Source: Mycolicibacterium vaccae NBRC 14118 = CIP 105934
Lineage (GTDB): Bacteria > Actinomycetota > Actinomycetes > Mycobacteriales > Mycobacteriaceae
Assembly (NCBI RefSeq): GCF_001552715.1
Contig: NZ_BCRS01000002.1
Location: 67,099 to 99,098 of the forward strand
DNA length: 32,000 nt
Direction: 5' to 3'
Of the stretch, positions 24,725 through 32,000 are shown one piece after another. Below the pieces are notes generated by a model, which was given only the letters and a program-made list of their open reading frames with translations, searched no databases and had not been told where the DNA came from. The position numbers were made by a program, and so were the translations under genes. How positions within the stretch are numbered: position 1 is the first letter of the stretch; each line of letters starts with the position of its first letter.

Positions 24725-24982
24725 TTCCGTGCCCCGGTGCCGGGATGTCAGCGGGCTACGGCTACCCACCCTCCTCGCCACAGTGGCTTGACCCCACCCC
24801 GAATCTGCCCCGTCCTTCGCGCTTTCGACTTCTCGGAGTGCTGTACGCGCCTACGGCCCGTATCGCTGCGATCGACCACGAGTGCACCGACCCTGCCGAA
24901 CTTGCCCACAGGATCTGCAGTCACAGGTGCTACGAGAGCGGCCCGACTAATCGGTGAGCTTCGCCAGGGTGGACACTATGAC

Positions 24983-25534
24983 GTGGCCCTTTCTGCAACA
25001 GTGTTCAAATTCGAACTTGGCGTCTCCGATGTCGATCACGGTTACTACGCCGATCACGCGCTGACCGTGGCCCGTCATCCCAGTGAGACCGATGAGCGGA
25101 TGGTGGTGCGCTTGTTGGCGTTTGGATTGCGCGCACACCGGCTCAGCGAAGTCGACGGTGAGTTGGCGTTCGGCGCGGGCCTGTCCACCCCTGGCGTGCC
25201 GGACTTGCGGCTCTCGGACTACACGGAGCGGACCCTGGAGTGGATTGTCGTCGGTCAGCCCGATGAACGGGTCTTGGGCAAGGCGGCCAGCAAGGCCGAC
25301 CAGGTGCTGCTGTTCCCATTCGCCGCCGGCGTGGCCACCTGGTGGCGCACCGTGGGACCCAAAGTGGCGGGTCTGCCGAATCTGTCCGTCGTGCAGATTC
25401 CGCACGCGCCGGTGCAACAACTGGCCCAGAGCGTCGATCGCCGGGTCTCGGCGCAGGTCATGGTGATGGAAGGTCAGGTAACGATGACCGTGGGCGGTAT
25501 CGACGCCACCTTTACGCCCGAGCCATTGAAGTAG
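24983..25534 (+). CDS. yaeQ: YaeQ-family protein (PD-(D/E)XK-like fold family)
   Basis: The track ORF 24737..25534 was trimmed to GTG 24983 (VALSATVFKFELGVSDVD...). It is collinear with my recollection of E. coli YaeQ (MALKATIYKATVNVADLDR...[21 protein letters not shown]...). Matching segments here are LTVARHPSETDERMVVRLLAF, LEWIVVGQPDER and NLSVVQI. At 183 aa it compares with about 181 aa in E. coli. Confidence 0.8.
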   Translation: MALSATVFKFELGVSDVDHGYYADHALTVARHPSETDERMVVRLLAFGLRAHRLSEVDGELAFGAGLSTPGVPDLRLSDYTERTLEWIVVGQPDERVLGKAASKADQVLLFPFAAGVATWWRTVGPKVAGLPNLSVVQIPHAPVQQLAQSVDRRVSAQVMVMEGQVTMTVGGIDATFTPEPLK

Positions 25535-25605
25535 ACCTCGGAGCCCGAGGTGCTGCGCCCCGGGACTCTCGTTGGCTGGGACCTACTGCACGCCGCAGGC
25601 AACGC

Positions 25606-25649
25606 CCAGGATCACGCTAGGTGCGCTAGCGCGACTAGCGTGATCCTGG
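25606..25649. promoter_or_regulatory. 44-bp near-perfect palindrome immediately upstream of the Phd/YefM-PIN operon (candidate operator; could also act as the yaeQ terminator hairpin)
   Basis: The sequence is CCAGGATCACGCTAG-gt-GCGCTAGCGC-ga-CTAGCGTGATCCTGG. The arms are perfect 15-bp repeats and the centre GCGCTAGCGC is itself palindromic. It ends 12 nt before the GTG at 25662. Confidence 0.5.
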
Positions 25650-25661
25650 TAGCGTCGATTT

Positions 25662-25901
25662 GTGGACACGACGGTGACGAGTACGGAGGCCAAGAACCGG
25701 CTCAATGCCCTTCTTGCCGAAGTGGAACGCACGGGCAAGTCCGTGACGATCACGAATCACGGCCGCCCCGTCGCCAAATTGGTGCCCGTCGAACTGATGC
25801 CGCGAAAGTTCGGGCAGCTGCCAAACCTTCTGGTGCCCAAGGACTTCGACGAGCCCCTGCCAGATTCGGAACTGGCGCGCTGGGAAAGCGCCGAAACGTG
25901 A
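25662..25901 (+). CDS. Phd/YefM-family type II antitoxin
   Basis: 79 aa. The sequence VTSTEAKNRLNALLAEVERTGKSVTITNHGRPVAKLVPVE is a canonical Phd/YefM N-terminal domain. The stop overlaps the toxin GTG (GTGA). Confidence 0.85.
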   Translation: MDTTVTSTEAKNRLNALLAEVERTGKSVTITNHGRPVAKLVPVELMPRKFGQLPNLLVPKDFDEPLPDSELARWESAET

Positions 25902-26287
25902 ACGTGCTGCTGGACACGCACACACTTCTATGGCTGGCGAGTACGCCGTCGGAGCTGGACGCCTCCGCGCTGGCCATCATCGCCGATCCGAACACCAACG
26001 TGTGCGTGACCGCGGCCTCGGCCTGGGAAATCTCGATCAAGACTCGGTTGGGCCGCCTTGACGGTGAGGCACTCCTGTCGGCCTGGGCCGACATCATTGC
26101 TGATATGACCACAACCGAATTGCCCATCGAGTCTCCCGATGCGATCCTGGCCGGCCGACTCCCCTGGGAGCACAAGGATCCCTTCGATCGCGTGATCGTC
26201 GCCCAGGCTCTACGGCGAAATCTCACCATCGCGACCCGCGACGCGAGGATCCTCGATGCCGCCCTGGCCCCAACCTTGCGAACCTGA
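25898..26287 (+). CDS. PIN-domain toxin (VapC-like)
   Basis: The track ORF 25550..26287 was trimmed to GTG 25898. VNVLLDTHTLLWL...SAASAWEISIK...HKDPFDRVIVAQA...TRDARI is the LLDT/EI.IK/DPFDR pattern of this PIN subgroup. 129 aa. Confidence 0.85.
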   Translation: MNVLLDTHTLLWLASTPSELDASALAIIADPNTNVCVTAASAWEISIKTRLGRLDGEALLSAWADIIADMTTTELPIESPDAILAGRLPWEHKDPFDRVIVAQALRRNLTIATRDARILDAALAPTLRT

Positions 26288-26323
26288 GTCATTCGCCTAT
26301 TGGCAGTGTGCGCCGTCCGGTGC

Positions 26324-26989
26324 TCAGTGTCCCTTGCGCATGCTGATCGCCAACTCTTCCAGTTCGTGTTCGGTCGGGGCGCGTAGTGGCAGTGGCCGCG
26401 AACCCTCCGGGCTCGGCGCCATCGCGTCGAACACCAATTCCAGATAGCGCCGCCACAGTTGGGGCTGGCTCGGGGTGTGCATGGTGCTGACCACCATCAT
26501 GAGCGCGCCGATGTCCAATGGCTCCACGTCGGCGCGAACGGCACCCTCCCGCTTGGCGCGATCCAGCAGGCTCGCCACCGCGGGCTCAATCCGACGGCGC
26601 ACCCGTACCAAGCGCTCATCGCGAAATGAACTGCCGGCCACCAGCTCCTGCAGTCCGCGATCCTCGACCTGCATCTCCACCGCCCGCTCCAGGAACCATC
26701 GCAGACCGCTTAGACCGTCGGGCTTTTCCAGGGCGGCGTCCGCCACGTCGACCAGCACATCGACGCGCGACTCGAACAACGCGATGACGAGTTCGGCGCG
26801 TTCAGGAAACCGGCGGTACACGGTGCCCACCCCGACCCCGGCGCGCCGCGCGATCTCCTCGTAGCCGACGTCCAATCCCACCTCGGCGAACGCCTCGGCC
26901 GCGGCGTCGAGAACGCGCTGCCGGTTACGCGCGGCGTCACGTCGCAGCGTCTTGCCGTCGGAGTCGGCGGTCGATCCGGGGCGCGGCAC
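26324..26989 (-). CDS. TetR-family transcriptional regulator
   Basis: The HTH is NRQRVLDAAAEAFAEVGLDVGYEEIARRAGVGVGTVYRRFPERAEL. The track start 27133 would abut the divergent MFS gene with no promoter space, so GTG 26989 (VPRPGSTADSDGKTLRRD...) is preferred. The start remains uncertain. Confidence 0.8.
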   Translation of the reverse strand: MPRPGSTADSDGKTLRRDAARNRQRVLDAAAEAFAEVGLDVGYEEIARRAGVGVGTVYRRFPERAELVIALFESRVDVLVDVADAALEKPDGLSGLRWFLERAVEMQVEDRGLQELVAGSSFRDERLVRVRRRIEPAVASLLDRAKREGAVRADVEPLDIGALMMVVSTMHTPSQPQLWRRYLELVFDAMAPSPEGSRPLPLRAPTEHELEELAISMRKGH

Positions 26990-27100
26990 GCCGCCAGGAT
27001 ACGAGACGTCGTCGAGCTGTCGGTGCCCGCGCGCTGTGCTGAACGCCACGTCGCTACCCCACTCTTCGAAATGGAAACACTCTTCCGGATAGCCTACATT

Positions 27101-27124
27101 GAAACGGAACAAACTTTCCGCTTT
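27101..27124. promoter_or_regulatory. Imperfect inverted repeat GAAACGGAAC-aaa-CTTTCCGCTTT in the TetR/MFS intergenic region (candidate TetR operator)
   Basis: Read directly from the sequence. The arms AAACGGAA and TTCCGCTT differ by 1 mismatch. The site lies 10 nt upstream of the MFS GTG, and the half-site recurs at 30603..30623. Confidence 0.4.
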
Positions 27125-27133
27125 GGAGGCCAA

Positions 27134-28654
27134 GTGACCACTCTGAGCTCAACGCGCCCGGCAGAACCGCGCGCCGGCGGTCGGCACCGCGCACCCGACT
27201 CTGGCGCGAAGCGCACCATCGGCGGTTCGAAGTGGTTGATCCTGGGCGTCATTGCGCTGGCTCAATTGGTCGTGGTGCTCGACGCCACCATCGTCAACAT
27301 CGCCCTGCCGTCGGCCCAGCTGGACCTGGGCTTCTCCGACGACGCCCGGCAGTGGCTGATCACGGGATACGCCCTGGCCTTCGGGTCTCTGTTGCTGGTC
27401 GGTGGCCGCCTCGGCGACCTGGTGGGACGGAAGCCGATGTTCCTCATCGGGTTGATCGGTTTCGCGTCTGCGTCGGTGCTCGGTGGCGTGGCGGGCAGCG
27501 TCGAAGTGCTGATTGCCGCCCGTGCGCTGCAGGGTGTCTTCGGCGCCATGCTTGCCCCGGCCGCTCTTTCGCTGCTCACCGTCACGTTTACCGAAAAAGA
27601 CGAGCGGGCAAAGGCATTCGGTGTCTTCGGCGCCATCTCCGGTGGTGGCGGCGCGATCGGCCTGATTCTCGGCGGCGCTCTGACCGAGTACCTGTCCTGG
27701 CGCTGGTGCCTCTATGTCAATGCGCCGTTGGCCCTGATCGCCGTCATCGGCACCATCGTCCTGGTCCCGGCACTGGGCCGCTCGGAGGCCCGGGCCCGCC
27801 TCGACCTGCCCGGTTCGCTGGTCATCGTCGGCGGTCTGGTTGCGCTGGTGTACGGCCTGGGCAACGCCGAAGCAGAGGGGTGGACCAGCGCCGTGACGCT
27901 GGGCTGCATCGGCCTGGGCATCTCGCTCATCGGCATCTTTCTGCTCATCGAACGCGACGTCGCCAATCCCCTGCTGCCGCTGCGCATCCTGGCCGACCGC
28001 ACCCGAGGTGGCGCCTACGCGGCACTGCTGGTCTGCGGCGCAGGAATGTTCGCCGTCCTGCTGTTCCTGACCTTCTACCTGTCGACGGTCAAGCAGTTCA
28101 CACCGCTGCAGACCGGGTTCGCGTTCCTGCCGATGATCGCGGCGCTGGCCGTGTCGGCTACCGCGCTGGCGAAGGTCACCGCCGCGGTGGGACCCAAGCT
28201 CTCGGTGTTCACGGGCATGTTGCTGGCAGCCGTCGGCCTGCTCCTGTTCACGCGGTTGGGGTTCGACAGCTCGTACGTGACGCATGTGGTGCCGGGTCTG
28301 GTGATCACGGGCCTGGGCCTGGGTCTGGTGATGGCGCCCGCGATGGCGGCGGCCACATCCGGGGTGCAGGCCGAGGATGCCGGTGTCGCCTCCGCGGCGG
28401 TGAGCACGTTCCAACAGATCGGCGGGTCGATCGGCACGGCTGTGCTGAGCGCGCTGGCCGCGGCCGCAGCGTCGGACTACCTGCAGGGCCGGGTACCCGA
28501 CCCAGCGACCCAGGCGATGGCCGCGATGGAGAGCTACACCACCACGTTCTTCGGGGGTGCGGTGATCTTCGCCGCCGGCGCGCTGGTCTGCGGTCTGCTG
28601 TTTCCGTCCGGTCCCATCGAGTCCGATCCCGCGGTCACTACCGTGCCGGCGTAA
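27134..28654 (+). CDS. MFS transporter, DHA2 (EmrB/QacA, 14-TMS) drug-efflux type
   Basis: GTG 27134 follows GGAGG. Motifs are LDATIVNIALPS and motif A GRLGDLVGRKPMF. About 14 hydrophobic segments. 506 aa. Confidence 0.85.
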   Translation: MTTLSSTRPAEPRAGGRHRAPDSGAKRTIGGSKWLILGVIALAQLVVVLDATIVNIALPSAQLDLGFSDDARQWLITGYALAFGSLLLVGGRLGDLVGRKPMFLIGLIGFASASVLGGVAGSVEVLIAARALQGVFGAMLAPAALSLLTVTFTEKDERAKAFGVFGAISGGGGAIGLILGGALTEYLSWRWCLYVNAPLALIAVIGTIVLVPALGRSEARARLDLPGSLVIVGGLVALVYGLGNAEAEGWTSAVTLGCIGLGISLIGIFLLIERDVANPLLPLRILADRTRGGAYAALLVCGAGMFAVLLFLTFYLSTVKQFTPLQTGFAFLPMIAALAVSATALAKVTAAVGPKLSVFTGMLLAAVGLLLFTRLGFDSSYVTHVVPGLVITGLGLGLVMAPAMAAATSGVQAEDAGVASAAVSTFQQIGGSIGTAVLSALAAAAASDYLQGRVPDPATQAMAAMESYTTTFFGGAVIFAAGALVCGLLFPSGPIESDPAVTTVPA

Positions 28655-28687
28655 TCCTCTGTCGCCAAACGTTTCTCGCCTAAGGAG

Positions 28688-28712
28688 CGATCCGGGTTCG
28701 CTAGCCGGATCG
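28688..28712. terminator. Hairpin between the convergent MFS and WYL-regulator genes (possible bidirectional terminator, no U-tract)
   Basis: CGATCCGG-gttcgctag-CCGGATCG forms a perfect 8-bp stem with a 9-nt loop. It sits in the 63-nt gap between the two stop codons. Confidence 0.3.
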
Positions 28713-28717
28713 GGGCG

Positions 28718-29410
28718 TCACCCGAGCCTTCGCGTGCTCCACCGCGACAGATCCTCATCCAGCACTGAAGGATCGCGTTCGGGAAACACCTCGTCAGTGA
28801 TCTCCAGATGTCGGATGCGGTCAAGCTGGAACCCGCGGATGCCCTCGCGCAGTCGACACCATCCGACGAACAACCACGCAGCACCTCCGCGCAGCAGACC
28901 CAGCGCCTCCACGTCCCGGGTGGTGTCGGTCTTGCCATCCTTGGCGGTATAGCTCAACCGTACGACCCTTCGCGCGGCGATCGCCTCCGGAATCAGCGTG
29001 ACCGCCGCCTCGGACGACGGCTGAGCATCGATGACGAACATCGACGCCAACGCCCCGTCGATCGGCGCGAGCTGATCCTCGCGGCTGACCGCGAGAACCT
29101 TCGCCCTTGCCCGACGCGCCGCCGCACCATAGGGCGAGGTCTCCACCAAACCAAGCCCCGCGAGCACCGCCAACGACTCCGCAACGGTGAGATTCAGCGG
29201 CGGCAACGAGTGTTCGCGCAGGATCGAATACCCGCCCGACACCCCGTGGTCGGCATAGATCGGCACGCCCGCGAGCTGCAGGGACTGGATATCACGCTCG
29301 ATGGTGCGCTTGGACACCTCGAACTCCTCCGAGAGCCGAGCGGCCGACCATGGCCGGCGTGATCCCCTCAGCAGATCCACCAGCGCGTACAACCGCTCGG
29401 CTCTCCTCAT
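28718..29410 (-). CDS. HTH plus WYL-domain transcriptional regulator (YafY-like)
   Basis: The N-terminal HTH is RAERLYALVDLLRGSRRPWSAARLSEEFEVSKRTIERDIQSL. The WYL-type region is VRLSYTAKDGKTDTTRDVEALGLLRGGAAWLFVGWCRLREGIRGFQLDRI. Confidence 0.85.
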   Translation of the reverse strand: MRRAERLYALVDLLRGSRRPWSAARLSEEFEVSKRTIERDIQSLQLAGVPIYADHGVSGGYSILREHSLPPLNLTVAESLAVLAGLGLVETSPYGAAARRARAKVLAVSREDQLAPIDGALASMFVIDAQPSSEAAVTLIPEAIAARRVVRLSYTAKDGKTDTTRDVEALGLLRGGAAWLFVGWCRLREGIRGFQLDRIRHLEITDEVFPERDPSVLDEDLSRWSTRRLG

Positions 29411-29431
29411 GAAGGTGAGTCTCCCCCGGTC

Positions 29432-29836
29432 TCAGGTCAGGTGCGCGCGCGTCCCGTTCACCGACCACACCTCGCGAATCAGCCCATCGTCGGTGAAGTC
29501 GAAGACGTCGATCCCGCCCGCTGCAACATCCCTGGCCTGCATGTTCCACAGCATCCGGCCGTGCGCGCCGTCTACTGCCCGTGCGGCCTCGGTGAACACC
29601 ACACCGGGATGCCGCCGGCGCCACTTATCCAGGAACTGCGCGAAACCGTCCCCACCCAGAACGTCGTCGCCCGGGTTGGACCCGTCCTCCTCGGGGATCA
29701 GGAAGTGAATCCGGAAATCCTCACTGCAGATCCGTCGCGCGATCTCACTGTCGGCGTTCCACATCTGCAACCACACCGCCAATGCCGCATCCGCAGCAGC
29801 CGTGTCTGTTTGCACCGTGTTCGTGTTCTCAGTCAT
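29432..29836 (-). CDS. SnoaL/NTF2-like small protein, probably co-transcribed with the WYL regulator
   Basis: The track ORF 29432..30223 was trimmed to ATG 29836 (MTENTNTVQTD...). LAVWLQMWNADSEIARRICSEDFRIHF...IDVFDFTDDGLIREVWSV is an NTF2-like pattern. The gap to the WYL ATG is 21 nt and contains GGGGGAG. Confidence 0.6.
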   Translation of the reverse strand: MTENTNTVQTDTAAADAALAVWLQMWNADSEIARRICSEDFRIHFLIPEEDGSNPGDDVLGGDGFAQFLDKWRRRHPGVVFTEAARAVDGAHGRMLWNMQARDVAAGGIDVFDFTDDGLIREVWSVNGTRAHLT

Positions 29837-29928
29837 GGTGCCAGCGTCGGACACCGCTGCGACAACGGTATGTCGGTGTTCTGTCCACCACCAAGACTGG
29901 CCGTACCGGGCAGTCATTCCGACTCGGG

Positions 29929-30528
29929 TCAGGCGCCGTAGCGCAGCCCGTCGAGCAGGACTGCGACCATTTTCTGGCGGTCGTCGGCAGGCTCGCCCGC
30001 GGCGGGCAAGCACAGCTTCGCGACGGCGTACATGAGTTGGCGTGGGCCGACGTCCGGTCGGATCTGGCCGTCGGCTGTCGCGGCGTCGAGCAGCGCTCGC
30101 AGGGTGGGTTCGAGCGTGTCGAGGATGTGGTTTCGCAGGGTGTCGAACGAAGTGCTTCCCGAGGCGAGGGCCGAGGCCAAGCCGTCCTTGGTGGCCAGGA
30201 ACGCGGTGTACCGCAGCAGCCACTTCTGCAGTGCGAGACCGGGCTCGTGCTCGGCGCTCAAGGCTGGGCCGGCTTGGGCGCAGTCGTCGATCTCGCTGTC
30301 GAGGACGGCCTTGGCCAGATCGGCGCGCTGCGGGAAATGCCGGTAGAGCGTTCCGACTCCGACTCCGGCCCGGTCGGCGATGTCCTTCGCCGGCGCGTCG
30401 ACGCCCGCCGCTGCGAAGACGACCTTCGCGGCGGCGAGTAGCGCCGACCTGTTGCGCTGCGCATCAACGCGCGGACGCCGCGACGCCGGTGCGGCCGCGT
30501 CGGCCGCACCCATCCGGGCCTCAGGCAT
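29929..30528 (-). CDS. TetR-family transcriptional regulator
   Basis: The HTH is QRNRSALLAAAKVVFAAAGVDAPAKDIADRAGVGVGTLYRHFPQRADL. It is divergent from the aldo/keto reductase gene. Confidence 0.85.
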   Translation of the reverse strand: MPEARMGAADAAAPASRRPRVDAQRNRSALLAAAKVVFAAAGVDAPAKDIADRAGVGVGTLYRHFPQRADLAKAVLDSEIDDCAQAGPALSAEHEPGLALQKWLLRYTAFLATKDGLASALASGSTSFDTLRNHILDTLEPTLRALLDAATADGQIRPDVGPRQLMYAVAKLCLPAAGEPADDRQKMVAVLLDGLRYGA

Positions 30529-30576
30529 GCCGCACTCCCCTTTCCTGCGTCACGACGAACTTTGACCGTTGTAATC

Positions 30577-30623
30577 CGGAAACGCTTTCCGTATCGTCGG
30601 ATAAACGGAAAGGCATTCCGTTT
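30577..30623. promoter_or_regulatory. Two palindromes in the TetR/AKR intergenic region: CGGAAA-cgc-TTTCCG and AAACGGAA-aggca-TTCCGTTT
   Basis: Read directly: 30577..30591 and 30603..30623. The second has perfect 8-bp arms. These are candidate TetR operators. Confidence 0.45.
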
Positions 30624-30692
30624 TGATGGTACGGCACCGCGCGCTCCCCGAGTGGTACCAGCCGGCGAGAGCGCCGAGACGAGGACAGACGA

Positions 30693-31730
30693 ATGAAGTA
30701 CCGACCCCTGGGACGCACGGGCATGCACGTCAGCCCCTACGCACTCGGCACGATGCTGCTCGGCGCAGCGATCGGCAATCCCGACCATGACGACTCGATC
30801 CGCCTCATCCACACCGCGCTCGACGCCGGCATCAACTTCATCGACACCGCTGACGCGTACTCGATCCCGCCGCACGGCGCGTCGGAGGTGGTCGTCGGTA
30901 AGGCCCTCAAGGGTCGTCGAGACGACGTCGTCCTCGCCACCAAGTTCGGCCGCCCGATGAGCGAGGCCGCCAACCACGCCGGCGCCTCGCGGCGCTGGAT
31001 CATGACCGCGGTCGAGGACTCGCTACGCCGATTGCAGACCGACCACATCGACCTGTACCAGGTGCACCGCCTCGATCCCGACACCGACGTCGAGGAGACA
31101 CTGTCCGCGCTGTCAGACCTGATCCACAGCGGCAAGGTCCGCGCGATCGGGACCTCGACCTCACCGGCTTCCGACATCATCGACGCCCAATGGGTCGCCG
31201 AGCGTCGCGGACTGGCCAGGTTTCGCACCGAGCAGCCGCCGTACTCGATCCTCAATCGCGGCATCGAAGCCGAGATCCTGCCGCTGGCAAAGCGATTCGG
31301 CATGGGCGTGCTGGTGTGGGGCCCGCTGGGCCAGGGCATGCTGACCGGGCGCGTGCGCAGAGGACAGGAGACCGACGTGCGTCGGGCGAGCTTCCTCAAC
31401 GTGTTCAATGACGAGCGGCGTCTCGACGCCGTCGAACAGCTCATCACCCTCGCTGAGGAAGCCGCGCTGCCGCTGACCCACCTGGCGATGGCCTTCGCGA
31501 TCACCCATCCCGGCGTCACCAGCGCACTGCTCGGCCCTCGCACGACGGAGCAGCTCGCGGACCTGTTGGCCGGGGTCGACGTCGTCCTGTCCGACGACGT
31601 CCTGGACCGGATCGACGAGATCGTTCCCCCCGGCACGGACGTCGGCACTCTCGACCAGGCGTTCGTTCCGGCCGCCCTGCGCAGTGTGGACTTGCGCCGC
31701 CGACCCAGCGAGTCACGCTCCGCGGCGTGA
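30693..31730 (+). CDS. Aldo/keto reductase
   Basis: 345 aa. MKYRPLGRTGMHVSPYALGTM...GINFIDTADAYS...GKALKGRRDDVVLATKF...DLYQVHRLD...GKVRAIGTS are canonical AKR motifs (D-Y-K-H tetrad context). GAGGA lies 7 nt upstream. Confidence 0.9.
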   Translation: MKYRPLGRTGMHVSPYALGTMLLGAAIGNPDHDDSIRLIHTALDAGINFIDTADAYSIPPHGASEVVVGKALKGRRDDVVLATKFGRPMSEAANHAGASRRWIMTAVEDSLRRLQTDHIDLYQVHRLDPDTDVEETLSALSDLIHSGKVRAIGTSTSPASDIIDAQWVAERRGLARFRTEQPPYSILNRGIEAEILPLAKRFGMGVLVWGPLGQGMLTGRVRRGQETDVRRASFLNVFNDERRLDAVEQLITLAEEAALPLTHLAMAFAITHPGVTSALLGPRTTEQLADLLAGVDVVLSDDVLDRIDEIVPPGTDVGTLDQAFVPAALRSVDLRRRPSESRSAA

Positions 31731-31853
31731 GCTGACCGCGACCGCCCCGGACCGCAGCCGCCGGACGTCGATCCGAAATCCGTGGGCGATCGCTCTCATG
31801 GCGAAGGGGCGCGTATCGACCCATCCGGCCTGTCGAAGGCGGACACTGGGGCT

Positions 31854-32000
31854 ATGTCCACTGCATTCTGGATCATCGCGGCGGTGATGGCCATTGGCAC
31901 CGTCGCGGGCGGCTTGGTGCGGATGAGGACGTGGTTACAGCGGCCGGTCTCGCCCGAGGTGATCGAGGCCGCACACCGCGACGACGAGGATGCAGAATAG
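31854..32000 (+). CDS. Possible small single-TM protein
   Basis: ATG 31854 gives MSTAFWIIAAVMAIGTVAGGLV RMRTWLQRPVSPEVIEAAHRDDEDAE*, one TM helix followed by a charged tail. The stop occupies the last three bases of the window. The only support is the open frame and the hydrophobic segment. Confidence 0.3.
   Translation: MSTAFWIIAAVMAIGTVAGGLVRMRTWLQRPVSPEVIEAAHRDDEDAE

Noticed and set aside
1-32000. CRISPR arrays, rRNA genes, IS elements or transposases, and phage integrases.
   Set aside because: I saw no regularly spaced short repeats with unique spacers and no rRNA-like conserved stretches. No DDE or tyrosine-recombinase-like ORF appears in any frame.

Overview
High-GC (about 65-75% by hand count of core lines) actinobacterial chromosomal DNA, Mycobacterium/Nocardia/Rhodococcus-like in gene content and codon style. 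All calls come from reading the translated ORFs and the DNA by eye; no database search was possible. The window has five parts. (1) 0.2-9.9 kb is an allantoin/purine-nitrogen cluster: allantoinase, NCS1 permease, hydantoin/allantoin-type racemase, bicupin ureidoglycine aminohydrolase, a divergent malate-synthase-like protein and an IclR regulator. A TTCCAC-N3-GTGGAA palindrome recurs in both divergent promoter regions. A TrpB-like PLP enzyme and a small membrane protein follow. (2) 10.5-11.4 kb is a 0.9 kb gene-poor stretch. (3) 11.4-17.8 kb is a tightly coupled five-gene minus-strand operon (sulfotransferase, alkylsulfatase-like MBL hydrolase, SDR, P450, Zn-ADH) with a divergent IclR regulator. 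(4) 17.9-26.3 kb is a lower-GC mosaic island (about 53-60% in sampled lines). It holds a large, apparently cytoplasmic papain-like cysteine peptidase with two C-terminal repeat domains, an NTF2-like protein, an acyl-CoA dehydrogenase 3' remnant, vapBC, an overlapping LOG-Nudix pair, YaeQ and a Phd/YefM-PIN pair. A structured ~70-nt repeat occurs four times in one orientation exactly at the module boundaries, with a possible degenerate fifth copy. I consider this repeat array, together with the peptidase module, the most novel-looking content. (5) 26.3-32 kb holds TetR/MFS, a WYL regulator with a SnoaL-like protein, and TetR/aldo-keto reductase; the two TetR intergenic regions share an AAACGGAA half-site. 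No rRNA, tRNA, CRISPR array, transposase or integrase was seen. Many long ORFs in the track are antisense shadows typical of high-GC DNA and were discarded.
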